A stretch of 64,000 nucleotides of DNA from Anaerolineae bacterium. Lineage in GTDB: Bacteria > Chloroflexota > Anaerolineae > UBA1429. The stretch lies in assembly GCA_040772225.1 (NCBI GenBank), contig JAXGYO010000004.1, forward strand, positions 12,233 through 76,232. The letters are read 5' to 3'. The notes under the pieces are model-generated. The model saw only the letters and a list, made by a program, of their open reading frames with translations, ran no database searches and was not told the origin of the DNA. Below are positions 61,093 to 64,000 of this stretch, one piece after another (the first letter of the stretch is position 1; every line of letters begins with the position of its first letter). The translations under genes were made by a program, and so were the position numbers.

Positions 61093-61560
61093 ATGCCACG
61101 CGTTACCATCGACATGCCCGCGCCCGATTTCACCCTGGCCGATTATGCCGGGCAGCCCGTATCGCTCTCTGACTTTCGCGGCCAAATCGTGCTCCTGGTG
61201 TTCAACCGCGGCTTCGCTTGACCTTTCTGCCGCCGGCACATGGCGCAGTTGCGCCAGGATCATGAGCAGTTCGTAGCCCGAGGCGTGTCGGTCGTCGTCG
61301 TTGGCCCCGAGGACACCGCAGCCTTCAAAGGCTATTTCGAGAAGGAAAAACTGCCGTTTGTGGGGCTGCCCGACCCAACAAGCACGGTGCTCAAGTTATA
61401 TGGCCAGGAGGTCAACCTGTTCAAGCTGGGGCGCATGCCCGCCCAGGTGCTCATCGATCGCGAGGGCATCGCGCGTTATGTCCACTATGGCCACAGCATG
61501 AGCGACATCCCCGAGAACGGCGAGATCCTCGCGCTGATGGAGGGGCTCGAGGGCAGCTGA
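61093..61560 (+). CDS. Peroxiredoxin-like AhpC/TSA selenoprotein (UGA read as Sec at 61219-61221)
   Basis: RBS AAGGAG; MPRVTIDMPAPDFTLADYAGQPVSLSDFRGQIVLLVFNRGFA-U-PFCRRHMAQL... is in frame with the downstream ORF; UxxC motif. Confidence 0.85.
61222..61265 (+). promoter_or_regulatory. Candidate bacterial SECIS element
   Basis: Hairpin TGGCGC-AGTT-GCGCCA about 20 nt 3' of the UGA, with G in the apical loop. Confidence 0.55.
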
Positions 61561-61694
61561 GAGTCTGAACGTCTGAACCTCCTACAGACAGAGCAACCAG
61601 GGGTCTGCAACGTGGGAACGTGCCCCCATCGGAGATACAAGCGCGGGCTTTAGCCCGCTCTCGATCTTGCGCCCATTCCGTACGCGCAGCCCTT

Positions 61695-62606
61695 CGACCG
61701 CCGACATTCCTGTCGGCTCCGGAGCGCCGGCATCCGCTGTACCCAGCGGCACCGCCAAGCACCTGGCCGGGCGCGGAGTACAACTCCGCGCCCCAGGATC
61801 TCCCTGGACCGCCGACATTCTTGTCGGCCCCGGTAAGGGTCGGTCACTGACCGACCCTCCAAGCCACGCCCCAGGACCTCCCTGGACCGCCGACATTCTT
61901 GTCGGCTCCGGAGCGCCGGCATCCGCTGTACCCAGCGGCACCGCCAAGCACCTGGCCGGTCGCGGAGTACAACTCCGCGCCCCAGGATCTCCCTGGACCG
62001 CCCACATTCCTGTCGGCCCCGGTAAGGGTCGGTCAGAGACCGACCCTCCAAGCGCGCGCACCAGGCCCCCTGGACCGCCGAATCCGCTGTACCCAGCGGC
62101 ACTGTCGGCCCCGGAGCGCAGGCATCCGCCGTACCCGGCGGCACTGTCGGCCCCGGTGTGGGTCGGTCAGAGACCGACCCTCCACTCCGCGCCCCAGGAT
62201 CTCCCTGGACCGCCGAATCCGCTGTACCCAGCGGCACTGTCAGCGGCACCGGAGCGCCGCCATCCGTAAGGCGGCACTGTCGGCGAATCCGCTGTAAGGG
62301 TCGGTCAGAGACCGACCCTCCAAGCCGCGCCCCAGGACCCCCTGGACCGCCGAATCCGCTGTACCCAGCGGCACTGTGTCGGCATCCCTGTACCCGGCGG
62401 CAGCGCAGGCATCCGCCGTACCCGGCGCCCACACTGTCGGCCCGGTGTGGGTCGGTCAGAGACCGACCCTCCAAGCCGCGCCCCAGGACCCCCTGGACCG
62501 CCGAATCCGCTGTACCCAGCGGCACTGTCGGCTCCGGAGCGCGCCATCCGCTGTACCCAGCGGCACTGTCGGCCCCGGTAAGGGTCGGTCAGAGACCGAC
62601 CCTCCC
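61695..62606. repeat. Composite REP array (about 190-bp duplicated units, then shorter variants)
   Basis: GGACCGCCGACATTC(C/T)TGTCGGC, CCGCTG-TACC-CAGCGG and GGGTCGGTCAGAGACCGACCCTCC modules repeated. Confidence 0.88.
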
Positions 62607-63144
62607 TCAGCGCGCCGCGAAAGCCCTGGAGGCATAGTACGAGGGCGCGCCGTTGTGGTACAAAAAGACCCTGCCGTAGCGGCGATCACAAAAGAGCGCC
62701 CCGCCCAAGGCCCTGACATCCGGGGTGTGACCCCCAGCTCGACGTCTTGAGATCGAACTCCCCCAGCGTCTGCAGTTGGCGATACTGCTCCTCCGTCAGA
62801 AGCGCGATGCCCATGGCCGCCGCCATGTCGAGCACGTTCTCCTCCGGTCGGGCGACCTTGCGCGAGTCCTGCGCCGCGCGGTCGTAACAGGCATTCCGTC
62901 GCCCCAGCGGGCTCTCAGCGGAGCAATCCGGTGCGCAGCGAAGCGACCTCGCCCGTCGCCGGATCATGGCCGACCGCATCCGCTCCGCCGCCCGGTCTCT
63001 CCATCTCAGAGAGCGACCACCTTCTGTGGGTTGACGTTCAGCCCGCCTGCAGTTGGTCCCACACCAGACCCATGTGTCGGCCCATGTTCTGCTGGCCTTG
63101 AGCACGCTGATGAGCGCATCCTGCTGTTCTGCGGACAGCGGCAT
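62606..63144 (-). pseudogene. DUF4256 family gene with multiple frameshifts
   Basis: DCSAESPLGRR..CYDRAA, MAAAMGIALLTEEQYRQLQTLGEFDLKTSSW; ALGGALFCDRRYGRVFLYHNGAPSYYA in another frame. Confidence 0.75.
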
Positions 63145-63506
63145 GGGAGGTCCTGCTCCGGAGGTCGGGGAAGGACGATCTGTATTGCGTATAACCGGTA
63201 GACTACAGGGTCGTCGAGTAGACAGACCAAGGCAACCCAAGCGCCCTGCCCGTTGGCGTCAAGGGTCATCAGTTGTCCTGCCGCCCCCGGCCCCAGGACC
63301 CATCTCTGGCGCGTCGGTGCACATCCTGCGTTCGCGGCTTGCGCCCCGCTGCCGAATTGCCGACGAGCTTTGGGGCGCAAGCCCGCGACAGCGGCGGAGG
63401 CCCTTGATAGTATCCCACCAGTCTCAGCGGACGTTCGCGTCCGCGCCTCCATCTTGTACGCCCGGACTTTGCGCCCCGTTGTCGTGGCGCGGCGCAGGAG
63501 GTGCCC

Positions 63507-64000
63507 ATGCCCGCTCATCGAACCCGTCTCACCCTCGCCCGCCGCATCCTCACGGTGCTGCTCCTGTCGCTGCTGGGCGCCTGGTCGCCCCAGCCGGTCG
63601 CACGCGCCGAACAAACGATCCCCGCTGCAGTGTATGCTGCGCTCGTCGCGCTGTACAACGCCACCGATGGGCCGAACTGGACGAACACGTGGACGGTCCC
63701 CACGGAAGACCCCTGTGGGTTGTATGGGGTAACGTGCACGGATGGACGTTACAAAACTTGCCCTTGGGTGGAACAAGACGCGATGACCTGCCGCCCGAGC
63801 TTGAGCCCTGCAGGACCTCAACCTCGATGGCAACCAGCTCACCGGCGTCATCGAGCGAGCTGGGCTCCTCCTCGGTCAGCGAGGGGCGCGCCTGAGTACC
63901 CTGACGACCTCAACCTCCCACTGGCCGGCGCCATCCCGAGCGAGCGTGGGCAACCTGAGTCCTGACGGATCTCACCTTGCGCAACCAGCGGACCGCGCCA
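63507..64000 (+). CDS. Secreted leucine-rich-repeat protein, N-terminal part (frameshifted, runs off window)
   Basis: Signal peptide; AALVALYNATDGPNW...PCGLYGVTC LRR N-cap; broken LPPEL / GNQLTG / GAIPSE repeats. Confidence 0.7.

Overview
GC-rich bacterial window whose gene content (large GT-C glycosyltransferases with C-terminal sandwich domains, a secreted protein ending in FLPLVxR) suggests Chloroflexota/Anaerolineae; this is inference. Scattered 1-nt frameshifts, dense near the right end, suggest residual long-read errors. Recognisable genes include an MtaA/UroD-family enzyme, plsY-degV, an MFS transporter, an aldehyde:ferredoxin oxidoreductase, a nitroreductase, chrA, a type III R-M pair, a FecCD-type ABC importer, a serine hydrolase, an ECF/anti-sigma pair, a MacAB-like exporter with a two-component system, a CE15 esterase, an FmdE-TsaA fusion, an S8 protease, a phosphotransferase and a DUF11 surface protein. 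Four things stand out. (1) Two Moco-type riboswitches head a cluster in which a Cys-less sulfite-oxidase-like domain occurs both as a free lipoprotein and fused to the ABC substrate-binding protein, making it a candidate Moco or Mo/W scavenging system. (2) A Prx-like gene has an in-frame UGA in a UxxC motif followed by a SECIS-like hairpin. (3) A large set of REP-like palindrome families and BIME-like arrays co-occurs with two RAYT transposases, a DUF559 nuclease and a four-helix-bundle gene, and many gene remnants abut the repeats. (4) A repeat insert between mod and res duplicated the 17-bp GTGA stop/start junction and stays open, which could relay translational coupling. No CRISPR array, rRNA or tRNA was seen.
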